From assembly GCF_018350175.1 (NCBI RefSeq), contig NC_058382.1:57228001-57292000 (forward strand): DNA of 64,000 nt, read 5' to 3'. Source of the DNA: Felis catus. Its lineage: Eukaryota. The notes beneath the pieces were generated by a model. The model had not been told where the DNA came from and searched no databases. It saw only the letters and a list, made by a program, of their open reading frames with translations. Below are positions 11,791-28,515 of this stretch, piece by piece. The position numbers and the translations under genes were made by a program. Within the stretch, counting starts at the first letter, position 1; every line of letters begins with the position of its first letter.

Positions 11791-14700
11791 CTGGAGATGG
11801 GAGTGATGGTGACGCCAGGGCTGGGGGAGGGGGGGGTGCAGTCCCCCCACCCCCACTCGCTCCCCTGCCCCAGCGCACCTATGGTTGGCGCTTTCAGACG
11901 CTCCTGCAGCCGCCACTGACTCTTGGGCTCCAGCAGGGGGAACGCGGAGAGGGAGTCGCTGCTGGAGGGGAGAGACTGGGGGGGGCCCGCCAGCCGGGGC
12001 GCGGAGGCCCCCGTTCCTGGAGGAAGGACGGGGAGCTGAGGGGCCGCCCATCATCCTGCGCCCCTGCCCCCGGCCCCGCCCGGCCCCTCACCTGCGAGCT
12101 GCAGCAACCGCAGGTGCCCGCCCTGGCCCCCCAGCAGCAGCGGCTGTGCGTGCCCGGGCTGGGGCGGGGGCAGCAGCTGGGCAAACAGGGGGGCGGAGGG
12201 GAGGTCGTGATTCCACTTCAGCAGGGGCACCAAGGGGAGGCGCTCATCCACCAGGTAGAGCGAGAACTGGGGGCGACAAGAAACAGCGAGACCCAGGGCT
12301 GTGACTGAGTATGTGATCGGGGGCGGGGGGGAGACACGACCAAGGGTACGTGACCAGACTGCAGGGGCATCCGATGGGGGTGAATGTGGGGGAGGCTGCG
12401 ACCAAGGGGCACTGCGACCGAGGGGATGCGACCAGACCCAGGGGGCCACGGGTGACTGCCCATGACCGAAGGGGGCACGCGACTGAGGCGCAAGAGAAGT
12501 GTTTGATGAGATGGGTAGCTCTGTGTCCTCCGTGCATCCCGGCTCTCAAGATGAGCCGAGGCCCCAGAGGTGACCCAGCGCTGTGGCTGCCCTGCCCGCC
12601 TCTCCCCCCACCCCTGGCTAGTGTCATATGGGAGGCATTTCCCGGGTGCGTCAGTCACCCCGAGCGCCACACAGGGACAGGTTCTCAGGAGAGGTGCAGA
12701 GGAGTCTTGTCACATAGGAACCCACTGGGCCTTCCCTGAGCCCGCCCGAGCCTGGAACCTACACTCGACACACACCTACTAACACCCCAAGAATCTTGGG
12801 GAGTGTGGGGGGCGGGCCCTCGGGGGAATCTCAGATGCCCTGTGACACCCCACACCTTTCTTCCCTCACCTGGGCCATCCCTGGGGCTGCCTTAAAGCTC
12901 TGCTCAGATGTGTCCTCCCAGCGGGGAGGTCCCACCCACCGGTCAGCACATTTCAGGGGCTCATCAACTCATCGGGAGAGTCTCCGGGGTGTCGTCTCTG
13001 TGATTCCTGTTTTGACCATCGTCTCTGGGACGGCGTAAGGGGGAGGAGGGAAGGGACCGCTCACCTGGGTCAGGATGAGATGGAACGTGGGGCACAGGGG
13101 CTCGGGGCCGCACCCCCCCAGGTACCGGGTCAGCAGGACGCGCTCCCCTTTCTGGCAGGCTGCTTCTGCCCCCCCACGAAAGAGCAGCAGACCACACCCG
13201 GGTGGGCCCTGGGGAAAGAACCCAGGTCAGCTCCCCCGCGCAGCGGGGGGGCCGCGGCAAGACCCCTGACAGTCCCCCCACCAGCGGCCCTCTGGGGAAG
13301 CCCCCTCCCCGGCCCTGCCCTCCCCCGTGTATCCGCTCTGTCCCCCTGCTGTGCCGGTGCCGGTCCCCTCCCCTCACCTGAGTGTCGATAATTTTCACTC
13401 CAGTGCGGTCACCCACGGTCAGCACCCGGGGATGGGCCGTGAAGTCTGCCCAGCGCCAGGGAGAGGGGTCCCGGAACACAAGGGTCTCGGGGTCCTTGTA
13501 GATTTGCTGCAGCCTTGGGGAGATGGGCCAGCCGTGGGCGGGGAGACGGGGGCTGACGGGGGGGTGGGTAGCGGGGTGACACGGCCCGGGGTCCAGGACG
13601 CGCCGGGGTAGAGGAGTGCCACAGGAAGGGGGCATACCCATCCTGGGGGGTCCACAGACAGACGGCTCCCGAACGGCTGCAGACAGCCAGCTCCCCAGGC
13701 AGGTGAGGGCTGCGGGGCACAACTGGGGTCAGCTGACCTCCCCTTTCCCACGCCCACCCCCTCGCAGACCAGCCCGTCTGAGCCCCTCACCTGAGGCTGA
13801 TCCCTGTGGCCCCCTTCCCGATCTGCAGCACCTGGAGGGGGGTGGGGCGCCCCTGCTTACTGACCTTCCACAGGGCACAGTGGTAGTCAGACCGGACAGC
13901 CAGCAGGGCTGAGGGGTGGAGAGGGTCGGGGTCAGGGTCAGGCAGCAGGCCGGTCAGTGAGGGGGAAAGGACGGAGGAAGGGGGTGTCCCAGGGACTCAC
14001 CTTCCCCTTGCACGATGTGGGTCACCACCTGCCGGACAGGCCCTCGGAGCTGGATGTGGCCAGGGTCGCCGAGGGCCTGGGGGTCACCACCTGGGGCCAC
14101 GCTGACCTCTTGGAAATCTGGGCCTCTCGCTAAGGACAAGTGTGTGAGCTCTGGTCACCGTGAGCCCCCGACATCCTGCCCTGAGACCACGCCGGGGGCA
14201 TCTCTCGCCCCACGGGGAGCCGCCTCCACGCCCTCTGGCCCGGCGGGAAAGGATACGCAGCTTGTCCAGGGCGCCTCCCGCAGGGTAGACCAACTGTCCC
14301 ACCTGGGGCGTCCTTCCGGGCACCCAGGCCAACGCGCCCCCGGTAAACGCGTCGTCCAGGAGGAGCCGCTCCCACCGCGTGGCCAGCTCCTCATGCAGCA
14401 GCTCTCCCAGCAGGCCGGCCACAGACGTGCCCAGGACGGGGCCCCCGAGGATGGAGAACCGGCGCTGTCGGAAGCTGAGGGAAGCCCAGGGACACCTGGG
14501 GACAAAAGAACGGCAGGAGGGTGAGGCTGCGGCAGTGGCAGTGACAGAGAGGAAGACTAGGTTCCATCCCAAGGGAGGCCAGGCCAGTAGGTGCGGTTTC
14601 CATCGACCTAAAATCTCTTCCTTTGGGAAACAACCCTATTCCCACCGCCCCCCACCCCCCGCCCCGCCCCGCCCGCTGCAAAGGTGGTCACATGTCACCT

Positions 14701-16849
14701 CTGGCTACAGTGATTGGCTCATAGAGAAGCAAGACGCACAGACCAGGCCAACCACCCCCTTCCCAGAACTTCTGCTGGTGCCCCAGGAAAGACACAGGGT
14801 TTCTTCCTCGAAATCAAAAGCTCTCTCACTGCCACTTAGAAACAGTTCATCTAGGATAAGCCAAGCAAAGCCAAGCGGATGAGAAAAAAAAGAGACAGAG
14901 CCTTATTAACGTTACTTGAGCACCCAGATGCAGCCATGCCTGCAGTCCGTGAACCGAATTCTCTCTTCCACTTCCAGTTGCAGTTGTGTGTGCACTATGG
15001 CTCATGACTGCACGGGGCAGGGGAAACGACCGTGACAGAAACCTACGTCCGTGCCCTGGCTCCTTCCACCCAACCCCCCCCTCCCCCCGCCCCCCGCCAG
15101 CTAGGCCTACTGAGCCCGGCCTTTCTCACTAGCCACTTGCCCCCAGGGCTGGTGTCCACCGAGGTCCTGGAGCAGACTCTTCACACTGACCACTGTCTTC
15201 TTCTTAGAATGGCTCTGTGTGGAAAGGCCTTGTCAAGCTCGCACAGCTGACGTTACCCTGAGAAGCGGGGAAGCCTCTCTCCTGGTGGGACCGGGGTTAC
15301 TCACCCGTGCTCCCTCTAGTTTGAAATTCTCCAGCATCAGCTTCCCCAGGGGCGCAAAGGCTATGTCCCCGTGGTCCCACAGGAAGCGGCTGAGCTGTAA
15401 GAGAGGAGGCCAGGTCACTAAGCACAGCCCTGGCCACACGGCACTGGCCACCGTGCGCCTACCCACCTGTTCCGTCACATCCAGCACGGCCCGGGGCTTT
15501 CTTCGGAACGGGATACCTCCCCGGAAAAGCAGGTCCCGGGCGGTCACCCCAGGGTCCCAGGGATCTGAGGGAACAGTGAGGCCGGGGAAGGGGTTCGTCT
15601 CGGGAACCAGAAAGGGCCCAGAAGTGGGGCCAGGCGTCCCAGATGACCGGAGGGAAGGCCTTTGGGTGGGGGGCAGAAGTGACATGGGAGCAGCTTGGGA
15701 GGGAGCCCCAAGGACCAAGATCCTTACCGGGACCAGGAGGCAGCAAGGGAAGGGGCCCGGGCGTCTCTGGCTCCCAGAGCGGGGCTGCGGCCGTGCATGA
15801 CACCCCATTCTGAGGAAACACAAGCCCGACAACAACACGGTGAGCACGGTCCCAGGCGCTGGCATGTGTCACTTATTAACTCACTGGTACAACGGTCCCC
15901 GTCACTTTACTGGTGAAGAAATGGAGACACAGGGAGCCTGGCCCCAGCACGCAGCTAGCCAAGAAAAAGGCCAGGAGCCTGAGGCCAATCTGCGCTCCTG
16001 ACCCACAGCCGCGCTGGCTCTCAAAGAAGGAGCCCCCGTGCCACTACCGGTGACCCGAGTGCTGCCTGACTCTCGCTTCTGCTCGGGGCACCACGCGGTT
16101 ACTTACTTGGGGAGCCCACAGGCCCGCCCGCCTGGCATAATCCTAGGCAGCCTGTCTCCGAGTGGGAGCCAGATGGCTTGGGCTTCCAGGCAAAGAGCCT
16201 TGTCCTTCCTGTCCCAGAGGCCTCTCCTTCCCTCCCGCCTCATCCCTTCCCACGCACCCCTGCCCCGTCCCCCTTCATCCCCACTGTGCTGGTTCAGAGC
16301 CCTTATCACACTCGGTAATGATTTTATTCTTTCCCCACTGGTCTGTCCTCACTCAGCCGAACCCTTAGTCCCAGAGGCAGGGGTTTATGTGACTTACTCA
16401 CGCTGGATTCTCAGGGCCTAAAAAGGTACCCGGCGCCCTGGAGGGGCTCATCAGTGAGCATCTGCCGGGCAAATGTGGGAAAAACTGAGCGGGGCGGGGG
16501 ACGAGCGAGGCGACAGCTCCTGCTCAGGAAACCCTCTGGGGAGAGCAGGGCGTCCTCCGTAACCCCAAGGCGAGGTTCTGCATGGCAGATTTGTGTCTTG
16601 GCAGATGTGCACTAACGCAAAGCCACCCTGCGTCCCGACGGCGGGTGTGAGTGCTGGAAAAGGGGGGGGGCAGTGGAGGGGCTGCTGCCGGGCTCTCCCC
16701 GCCATCCTCACCTGGCAGTTCTGGGCCAGGGGCTCGGGCAGGGTGAGCGCGTCTCTCCAGCTACACATGAAAGACAGGTCAGGGGTGTCACTCACACCAA
16801 GGGGGCCGGTCCTCAACAACGTGGGTGGGAGCGAGCCGGGGAAGTCCAT
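10817..16849 (-). CDS. TAF1C: TATA-box binding protein associated factor, RNA polymerase I subunit C (SL1 complex); 14 coding exons, 2595-nt CDS, 864 aa
   Basis: Starts MDFPGSLPPTLLRTGPLGVSDTPDLSFMCSWRDAL; internal LSRFLWDHGDIAFAPLGKLMLENFKLEG and WRWADFTAHPRVLTVGDRTG; ends RRKKPRMGF. Exon phases close in frame. Confidence 0.97.
11879..12016 (-). CDS. TAF1C: TAF1C coding exon 13
   Basis: GTGASAPRLAGPPQSLPSSSDSLSAFPLLEPKSQWRLQERLKAPTI. Confidence 0.92.
12092..12266 (-). CDS. TAF1C: TAF1C coding exon 12
   Basis: FSLYLVDERLPLVPLLKWNHDLPSAP...LRLLQLA. Confidence 0.93.
13065..13208 (-). CDS. TAF1C: TAF1C coding exon 11
   Basis: GPPGCGLLLFRGGAEAACQKGERVLLTRYLG...HLILTQ. Confidence 0.92.
13378..13513 (-). 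CDS. TAF1C: TAF1C coding exon 10
   Basis: LQQIYKDPETLVFRDPSPWRWADFTAHPRVLTVGDRTGVKIIDTQ. Confidence 0.93.
13638..13709 (-). CDS. TAF1C: TAF1C coding exon 9
   Basis: PHLPGELAVCSRSGAVCLWTPQDG; |gtatgc. Confidence 0.92.
13791..13908 (-). CDS. TAF1C: TAF1C coding exon 8
   Basis: ALLAVRSDYHCALWKVSKQGRPTPLQVLQIGKGATGISLS. Confidence 0.92.
14001..14117 (-). CDS. TAF1C: TAF1C coding exon 7
   Basis: HFQEVSVAPGGDPQALGDPGHIQLRGPVRQVVTHIVQGE; |gtgagt. Confidence 0.92.
14257..14495 (-). CDS. TAF1C: TAF1C coding exon 6 (followed by U12-type intron)
   Basis: CPWASLSFRQRRFSILGGP...YPAGGALDKL; donor C|gtatccttt. Confidence 0.92.
15141..15214 (-). CDS. TAF1C: TAF1C coding exon 5 (GC donor)
   Basis: SHSKKKTVVSVKSLLQDLGGHQPWG; the frame requires donor GG|gcaagt. 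Confidence 0.88.
15305..15394 (-). CDS. TAF1C: TAF1C coding exon 4
   Basis: LSRFLWDHGDIAFAPLGKLMLENFKLEGAR; tacag| and |gtgagt. Confidence 0.93.
15467..15564 (-). CDS. TAF1C: TAF1C coding exon 3
   Basis: DPWDPGVTARDLLFRGG...VLDVTEQ; cag| and |gtgggt. Confidence 0.92.
15728..15809 (-). CDS. TAF1C: TAF1C coding exon 2
   Basis: NGVSCTAAAPLWEPETPGPLPLLPPGP; cag| and |gtaagg. Confidence 0.9.
16712..16849 (-). CDS. TAF1C: TAF1C coding exon 1 (ATG at 16849)
   Basis: ttttccag|G ATG GAC; donor CAG|gtgagg. Confidence 0.93.
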
Positions 16850-17030
16850 CCTGGAAAACAAGAAGCACGCGTCGAGAGCTTTCTCAGAGACTTGCATCTG
16901 ACGGCGCCCTGCAGGGTTCCCAGGAGAGTAAAGAGCCCCCCGAGAGGACTGTTACTTTATATCGGGAGGTGGATAATGAAGAAAAATCAACACGTAGCCT
17001 CCCGCCAGGTGTTAGTAAGGGCTATATTAC

Positions 17031-17058
17031 AACCAACCAACCAACCAACCAACCAACC
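17031..17058. repeat. (AACC)7 tetranucleotide repeat in TAF1C intron 1
   Basis: Directly visible. Confidence 0.9.
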
Positions 17059-17482
17059 ATGAGGGAGGTGATGGCAGCCCGAGAAAGCCTCACTCAGAAG
17101 GTGGCATTTGCCACAGCCTGAACATGATGAGGAACAGAACCACGCAGACAACTGGGATGAGGGCTCCTGGCCGAATGAACAACATGTGCAAAAATCCTGG
17201 GGCAGGAAAGTGTGAGAAACAACTAGGGAGGCCACAGAATAAACAAGGAGCACGGGACGGGATGAAGTGAGACAGGTGGCCAGGGGTCAGCTTGTACCAT
17301 AGCTGTCACGTGTTACAACCACACATTTGCAGGCTACACACCCTACAGCCCAGGCTACGCTCCCAAGACCAAGTCAAGTTCACCCAAAGCCAAGGAGTCT
17401 TCTTCATCTGTCTTCCCACTGTCAGGTACAGTACCTTGCAGAAAATGCAACTGTGTGTTGATTAATAATAAATTTATGTCTT

Positions 17483-17700
17483 GGGGCGCCTGGGTGGCTC
17501 AGTCAGTGGGGCGTCCGACTGCGGATCAGGTCATGATCTCGTGGTTAGTGAGTTTGAGCCCCGCATCGGGCTCTGTGCTGACAGCTCAGAGCCTGGAGCC
17601 TGTTCAGATTCTGTGTCTCCCTCTCTCTCTGCCCCTTCCCCGCTAGCACTCCTCTGTCTCTCAAAAATGAGTAATAAAAAAAACATTAAAAAATTAAATA
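17483..17700 (+). mobile_element. Can-SINE with target-site duplication
   Basis: Full SINEC body flanked by aataataaatttaYgtc on both sides. Confidence 0.92.
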
Positions 17701-18599
17701 ATAAATTTACGTCAAAAGAATAAAAGTTATAAAAAATAGATTTACGTCAAAGGGCTGTGCCAGATACAAACTGTCCCTTGGAACTGCCACTGCGTTTTAC
17801 GGGTTTATTCTGTAATCCCCCTACACCCCCGCATCTCATGCAAAGCACCTGTCACGCAGAAGCGCCGGTAAACGCTTCCCGAATGAACGAATATGTGTTT
17901 CTCGTGGCACATCAGCCTCACTCTAGGTAGTCTTGCCAGACTGTGAGCTCTCCCACGGAGGGTTCCCGGGGCTGGCTGCTGCCGTCCTCCTCTTTCCCAC
18001 AACAGAACAGGTGAGGGCAGTGGCGGGAATCAAAGAAGGGCTCAGTGAACCCCTGTGCAAAATACTGGCTTCCCGGGGACCTTCTGTCCTGAAGGCAGTT
18101 AGGCAGTGAGTACCCATGCCTCCCAGAGGGGGCTGCATCCCTGATAAACCAGCGTGGGCACGTCTCCAAACACATCTCCAGCTCACGTCTAGCTCATCTC
18201 TTGTGCCTGGGCTCCAAGCACACCGACCTCCTTAGGGATTTCTTCGCCGTACTGCCTTTCACCGCACACCCATCTCTCCGCTGAGAAGCAACATCAGCAT
18301 CCTTCCCACCCACCTACAAAATCCTGGGCAGGTTCTCCACCCCCCACACCCTGCACTTTCTCCAGAACACGCACTGCGATGTATGATTAGATATTTACAG
18401 ATGAAGCTATCTGATTCAAAACTGCTCCAACAGCCCCCATGGGGAAGGGACTTCACTTCTTCCCAGTGCGTCGGTATACGGTCCACAGTAGCGATTCGTG
18501 CACATAAGTTGAAAGAACAAATCCAGAAATGAACGACGAGAAAGGATCCAAACAGCCTCAAACAAACCCAGGCAGGCAGAGGGCGCTGGTGGAGCCCAC

Positions 18600-19210
18600 G
18601 AGCTCGGAAAAGCCCCCCGGACGAGGCAGCCTCATTTCCCGCCCTCACCTCCGACCGGCAGAGGCCCCGCGGGAACCGCTGTGTGCCGGACGGCTGCTGC
18701 CACGCGTTGCATTTGTGGGATCCTCACCGCACCCCGAGGGAGGAGCTGACAGCCCCCTGTGCGGCGGCTGGGGAACTTGTCCCCAGAGCCACACGGCGTG
18801 GAGCCCGCGGACTCGCGCACAGACCAAGCCGGAGCTCCGCTCGCAGCCCGGAGACTCCCCTCGCCCCGCCGTCCGGGCGGCGCGCGCACTTACGTGGCCC
18901 GGGCTCCGCTGTGCTCGTCGGCGACCTGGAGCTCCGCGGGACACCTGCCTAACCCGCGCGCCGCGAGGGAGCCCGCAAACTACCCCCCGACTCCAGCGCC
19001 CGAGATGGAACGGCACCACCACGGGTGTTAACGGTCTTCCGGGCCGGGCCGGAAGTGCTCCCTCGAAGGCAGGAAGTCCCGCCTCCCAGCCTGGCCCGCG
19101 CGGCCGCCGCGGAGCGCCACCTCCCGGGTGGAGGGAGAATGGTCATGGAGGCGGCACCTTGGACAGTAGAAGTATATACCGTCCCCTCGGGTCCGTGTAA
19201 CGAAGGCCAG
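18600..19210 (-). promoter_or_regulatory. TAF1C CpG-island promoter with ETS/GABP sites and GC box
   Basis: CpG-dense; CTTCCGG 19036-19042, CCGGAAGTG 19049-19057, CAGGAAGT 19070-19077, CCCGCCTCCC 19078-19087; no TATA box. Confidence 0.75.
18894..19030 (-). other. TAF1C: TAF1C non-coding exon 1 (5' boundary approximate)
   Basis: Strong donor CAC|gtaagt at 18893 inside the CpG island, immediately downstream of ETS sites. Confidence 0.65.
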
Positions 19211-19632
19211 TTTGATGCGGATTCGAATCCCATCTCTGCAGGCTTGCTGTTCGGTATTAAATTAACTCATTCAACAAACACTTCCTGAGTACGGAGCACT
19301 TACTATGAACCAAGCGCTGTATCAGTGAATAGAAATCCAAAGAATTGTCCTCACATCCGATGTATAAAGCAGGCTTTATAACCAGGGATACAGGTACCCC
19401 TAGAGTGCATGAAACTCTCCCAGTGGTCAAGCAAATATAGCTCTAAGCATTGCTTCTCAAGTTCTAGCTTCCATGGCATCATTTGATCAGCGTGTAAAAC
19501 AGTTACTGGGTGGGGTGGAACCCGATCATTTGCATTGCTAAATTCCCAGTGGATGCTGATTGCACTTGTGGGGGGGGGGGGGTCACACTTTAAGAACTAC
19601 CATGCAATCATAAATCTTACCATGATCTTAAC

Positions 19633-19808
19633 CCAATAGCTCGCAAGCTTGAGCGTGCAACAGAATCCCCTGGAGGGCTTATCAAACCAGTTTGTTGGGC
19701 CCCACTCCCGGAGTTTCTGGTTCAGTAGGTCTGGGATGTGATTCGAGAACTTGCATTTCTAATGAATTCCCAGGTGATGCTGATCCAGGCACCACACTTG
19801 GAGAACCA
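19633..19808. mobile_element. MER5A-like hAT DNA transposon fossil
   Basis: cagaatcccctggagggctt...ttcagtaggtctggg...ttgcatttctaa...cccaggtgatgctgat...gagaacca. Confidence 0.75.
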
Positions 19809-19811
19809 TTA

Positions 19812-20024
19812 TTTTTATTTTTTTATATTTTTTTAAATGTTTATTTTGAGAAAGAGGGACAGAGTACAAGCAGGGGAGGGGCAGAGAGGGAGGGAGAGAG
19901 AGAATCCCAAGCAGGATCCACACGCAGTGTGGAACCCGACATGGGCTCTATCCCATGACCCTGGGATCATGACCTGAGTTGAAATCAAGATTCAAATGCT
20001 TAACCGACTGAGCCACCCAGGATC
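19812..20024 (-). mobile_element. Can-SINE
   Basis: Reverse SINE; TSD gagaacSattattttta. Confidence 0.88.
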
Positions 20025-20779
20025 CCTGAGAACGATTATTTTTAAAAGATCAATTTCTAAGTCTAAGTGTCTGATTTCAGTCTCAGTGTCTGAGAACTTT
20101 TTCTCCAGTGCGCGTGAATCTTTCCTGCGCGTCTTCCCAGGTCAAACGTCCCTGGATCCACCAACTGTTCCTTCTTTGCCCCAGCATCCACGCTCCCTGG
20201 TTAGCACCGTCAGACCCAAAGGTGGCAATCTGTAGCAGCAGCAGCAACGGCGACAGATCTTCCGGACTGTGAACCGAGGGGTCACATTTTCCTGTTCGCT
20301 GGCTCCCGTAAGACTCAGTTAAATTTGTGGCCCCTTAAAACAATTGCGTACTGCATCACAGACCGTGTGTAAATTGTCCTTATCCCTAACTTCATCTTGT
20401 TTTTGCTAGTTTTCCTTCATCCCTAGTCCCTTATCTACTGTCCCGTGGTAGTTTTACAAGCCAACTTAAAACCCCTTCGAGAAAAAAAAAAAAAAAAAAA
20501 AAAAGCCGGGGGTGCCAAATGGTTAATTGTGGCTAGAGACTTGGGGAAGGCCTCCAGTGAAGTTTTCCAAAGCAGATGCTTCAGATGCTGGGCAGCTGCT
20601 CTGATTGATAACACCTAAGGACTCCCCCCACCCCCACCCCACTCAAGCTTATTGGTTGGGGGCGGTCTGGTGTGATGAGTGTAGTTGGGGACATCTTGGG
20701 GCGGGAGCAAGGGTGAGGCTTTGGATGCGCATCCCCAGGCCCCTTCCCTGGTCTTCACTTCCAGGACCATTCGGGGTTG

Positions 20780-21117
20780 GGAGAACACGTAACGGGAACC
20801 TCGCCCTCCTTCCTCCCCTCCCCACTCCTTGCTTGAAGTCCCCCCGCCCAGGAAGGGGGATATTAGCGAGATCGCTCAACCCGGGCCCCACATCCTGGCC
20901 GTTGAGATCCAGGAGGCTGGCCTTCCAATTGGCTGGGCAGGCTGTCCGACATAACTCTGCAGGCTCTCATTGGCCAGCAGCGAGGTGGGGGGCGGGGCTT
21001 GCCAGGCAAAGTCCGCCTAGCCCCGTGCTCCTCACGTGAAGCCGCGCGAACGCGCGTAAAAGGGCGCAGTCAGAGCGAGATTGGGTCAGCTGTCCCCTCG
21101 GGTCCCCGCGTTCAGCC
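20780..21117 (+). promoter_or_regulatory. ADAD2 promoter
   Basis: CCAATTGG 20925-20932 and further ATTGG boxes, GC box near 20988-20998, E-box TCACGTGA 21032-21039, MYB-type TAACGG 20790 and CCGTTG 20899; CpG-rich into exon 1. Confidence 0.6.
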
Positions 21118-26670
<5,553 letters not shown>

Positions 26671-26847
26671 AACCGACCTCCTGAAGTGGACGAGGTCCCT
26701 GAGCCAAGCTGGACCCTGCTGTCTCTGGGGAAGGGTGGGGGGGGGTGCATGGGGCGCTGGGGGGGATGCATGGGAGAAGTTGGGGTTACAGGGAGGGGCC
26801 TACAGGGTGGGGGGTGGGGGGTGGGGACTATGGCACACCGGGACTTA

Positions 26848-26853
26848 AATAAA
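26848..26853 (+). terminator. ADAD2: ADAD2 polyadenylation signal AATAAA
   Basis: AATAAA about 180 nt after the stop, with GT/T-rich sequence downstream. Confidence 0.8.
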
Positions 26854-27374
26854 AGTGTAGTTTCTGGGGGATTCTAGCTGTTGCTGGGTTTTTTTGGGGA
26901 GGGGGGGTCACCTGCAGCCCTCTTGCTTCCAGATTCATGAGTGGGGCGGGGCCCCTTAGCAAGCAGAGAGGGCTTCCAAGGAGTTGGACAACATGGAAAG
27001 TTGTTCTACAAGGAGGGGGAGAGCAAGAATGTTATTAGCAAAAAAAACAAAAAACAAAAAAGGATTATCCCAGGCATGGAACTTTCTAGGGGCGGAAGCA
27101 AAGTGTCTTATGCGGATTACCTCCTCTTTCTTTGGGGGGTAGAGAGGACCCAGGTGGCCGACTCAGTGGCTCTGGTTGAAAAATTCCTGACTGACCAGTT
27201 AAGGCTACCTTTCTGGGGAGAGTGAAACTGCAGTGAGATTATGAATTAAACCCCAAACCCCGGTGTGGGAACTCGGGCTAAGCGACTCCACATTGGGCCT
27301 GTGGTTTTTGTAAACACAGAGTCACTTTATTGTGGCGCCAGCCGTGGCTCAGTCCTGCCTGCCAGCTCCAGGGG

Positions 27375-27695
27375 AGGCCGGGACCGGGCACCCTAAATCC
27401 CATGACTGGGGTCCTTCTAAGAAGAGACACAGACACACAGAGGGAGGAGGCCGTGTGGACACGGACCCAGAGACGGCAGCGCTGGGACCACAAGCCGAGG
27501 AACGCCGAGGATGGCCAGCCACTACCAGAACCAGGAGGGAGGCGCGGGCTGGTTTTGTCCCCAGAGTTTCCAGAAGGAACCAGCCCTGCCGGCATCTTGA
27601 CCTCAGACTTGCGGCCTCCAGAGCCGGGAGGGAATAACTGTGTGTTTTAAGGCAGGTGGGGTGGGGTACCTGTTACGGCAGCCCTGGGGAGCTGA
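27375..27695 (+). mobile_element. MLT1-type MaLR LTR
   Basis: ccctaaatcc...atgactggggtcctt...ccacaagccgaggaacgcc...gaaggaaccagccctgcc...cttgacctcagactt...cctccaga. Confidence 0.8.
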
Positions 27696-28381
27696 CGGAG
27701 GGGGTCGTGCAGAGCGGGGCCTCGGTCCTTCGGTGCCGCCCCAGCTGTTCCGCCTGGGTGGATGGAGGGATTGCCTGGGCCTGCGGGCCTAGCAGGGCCT
27801 GGTGGGCGTTCTTCCTCGCTTTCCCTCTAGGGGGCTGTAGGGAGCCCACGGAGGGGGAGCTCTCAGGTGCTCTGAGGGCCTGGGGAGGGGGGAAGACCAT
27901 CCTCGCTGCACCTGCACGTGTCTGGACACCTGGGTACCCCGCCAGCCTGGACAGTGTCCACGGAACAGGTGCACGGGCCACTGGGACGTCTGGAGACCTG
28001 GGGCCAGGGATGGCTGAAATCATGCCGGCCCCCCCTCCCTCCCCGGCCCCACACACCCTGCGGCCCGAGGCTCCCTGCACCCGCAGCCCTTTTAAGGTTC
28101 AGGACCACAGACTGCTCCCCCGGGTGGGCCTTGGAAAGCTGGGTCAACGGGGCCAGGCCAGTGCTGATGCTGAAATCCTGGCATGGTGTCCCCTCCCTCC
28201 GGACCACCCCTCTGCCCCTGGGTGTGTGTGGCCTCTGCCAGCCACTTAACCTCAGCGTACTTGGGTCACCGCATCTAGGCAAGTAATCAGGAGGGCTGCC
28301 TGGTGGTGGTCTCGAGGTGGGAGGTGCAGTTGAAAGAAAGTGGTCCAGCTGGTGTGATTGCAGAACACCCAGCAAGCTGCT

Positions 28382-28515
28382 GGGGGGAGGGGGAGGGGAG
28401 GAGAGGAGCAGGGAGGGAAGGGAAGGGGAGGAGGAAAGGAGGGAAAGGGAGGGGTGAGGAAGGGAGGGGAGGGGAGGGGGAGGGGACTTGCGGGAGGGGG
28501 AAGGTGGGGAGGGGC
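28382..28515. repeat. Polypurine GA-rich low-complexity tract
   Basis: Nearly pure G/A with GGG runs. Confidence 0.85.

Noticed and set aside
11286..12308. 340-aa plus-strand ORF
   Set aside because: Antisense to TAF1C exons in very GC-rich DNA; low-complexity product
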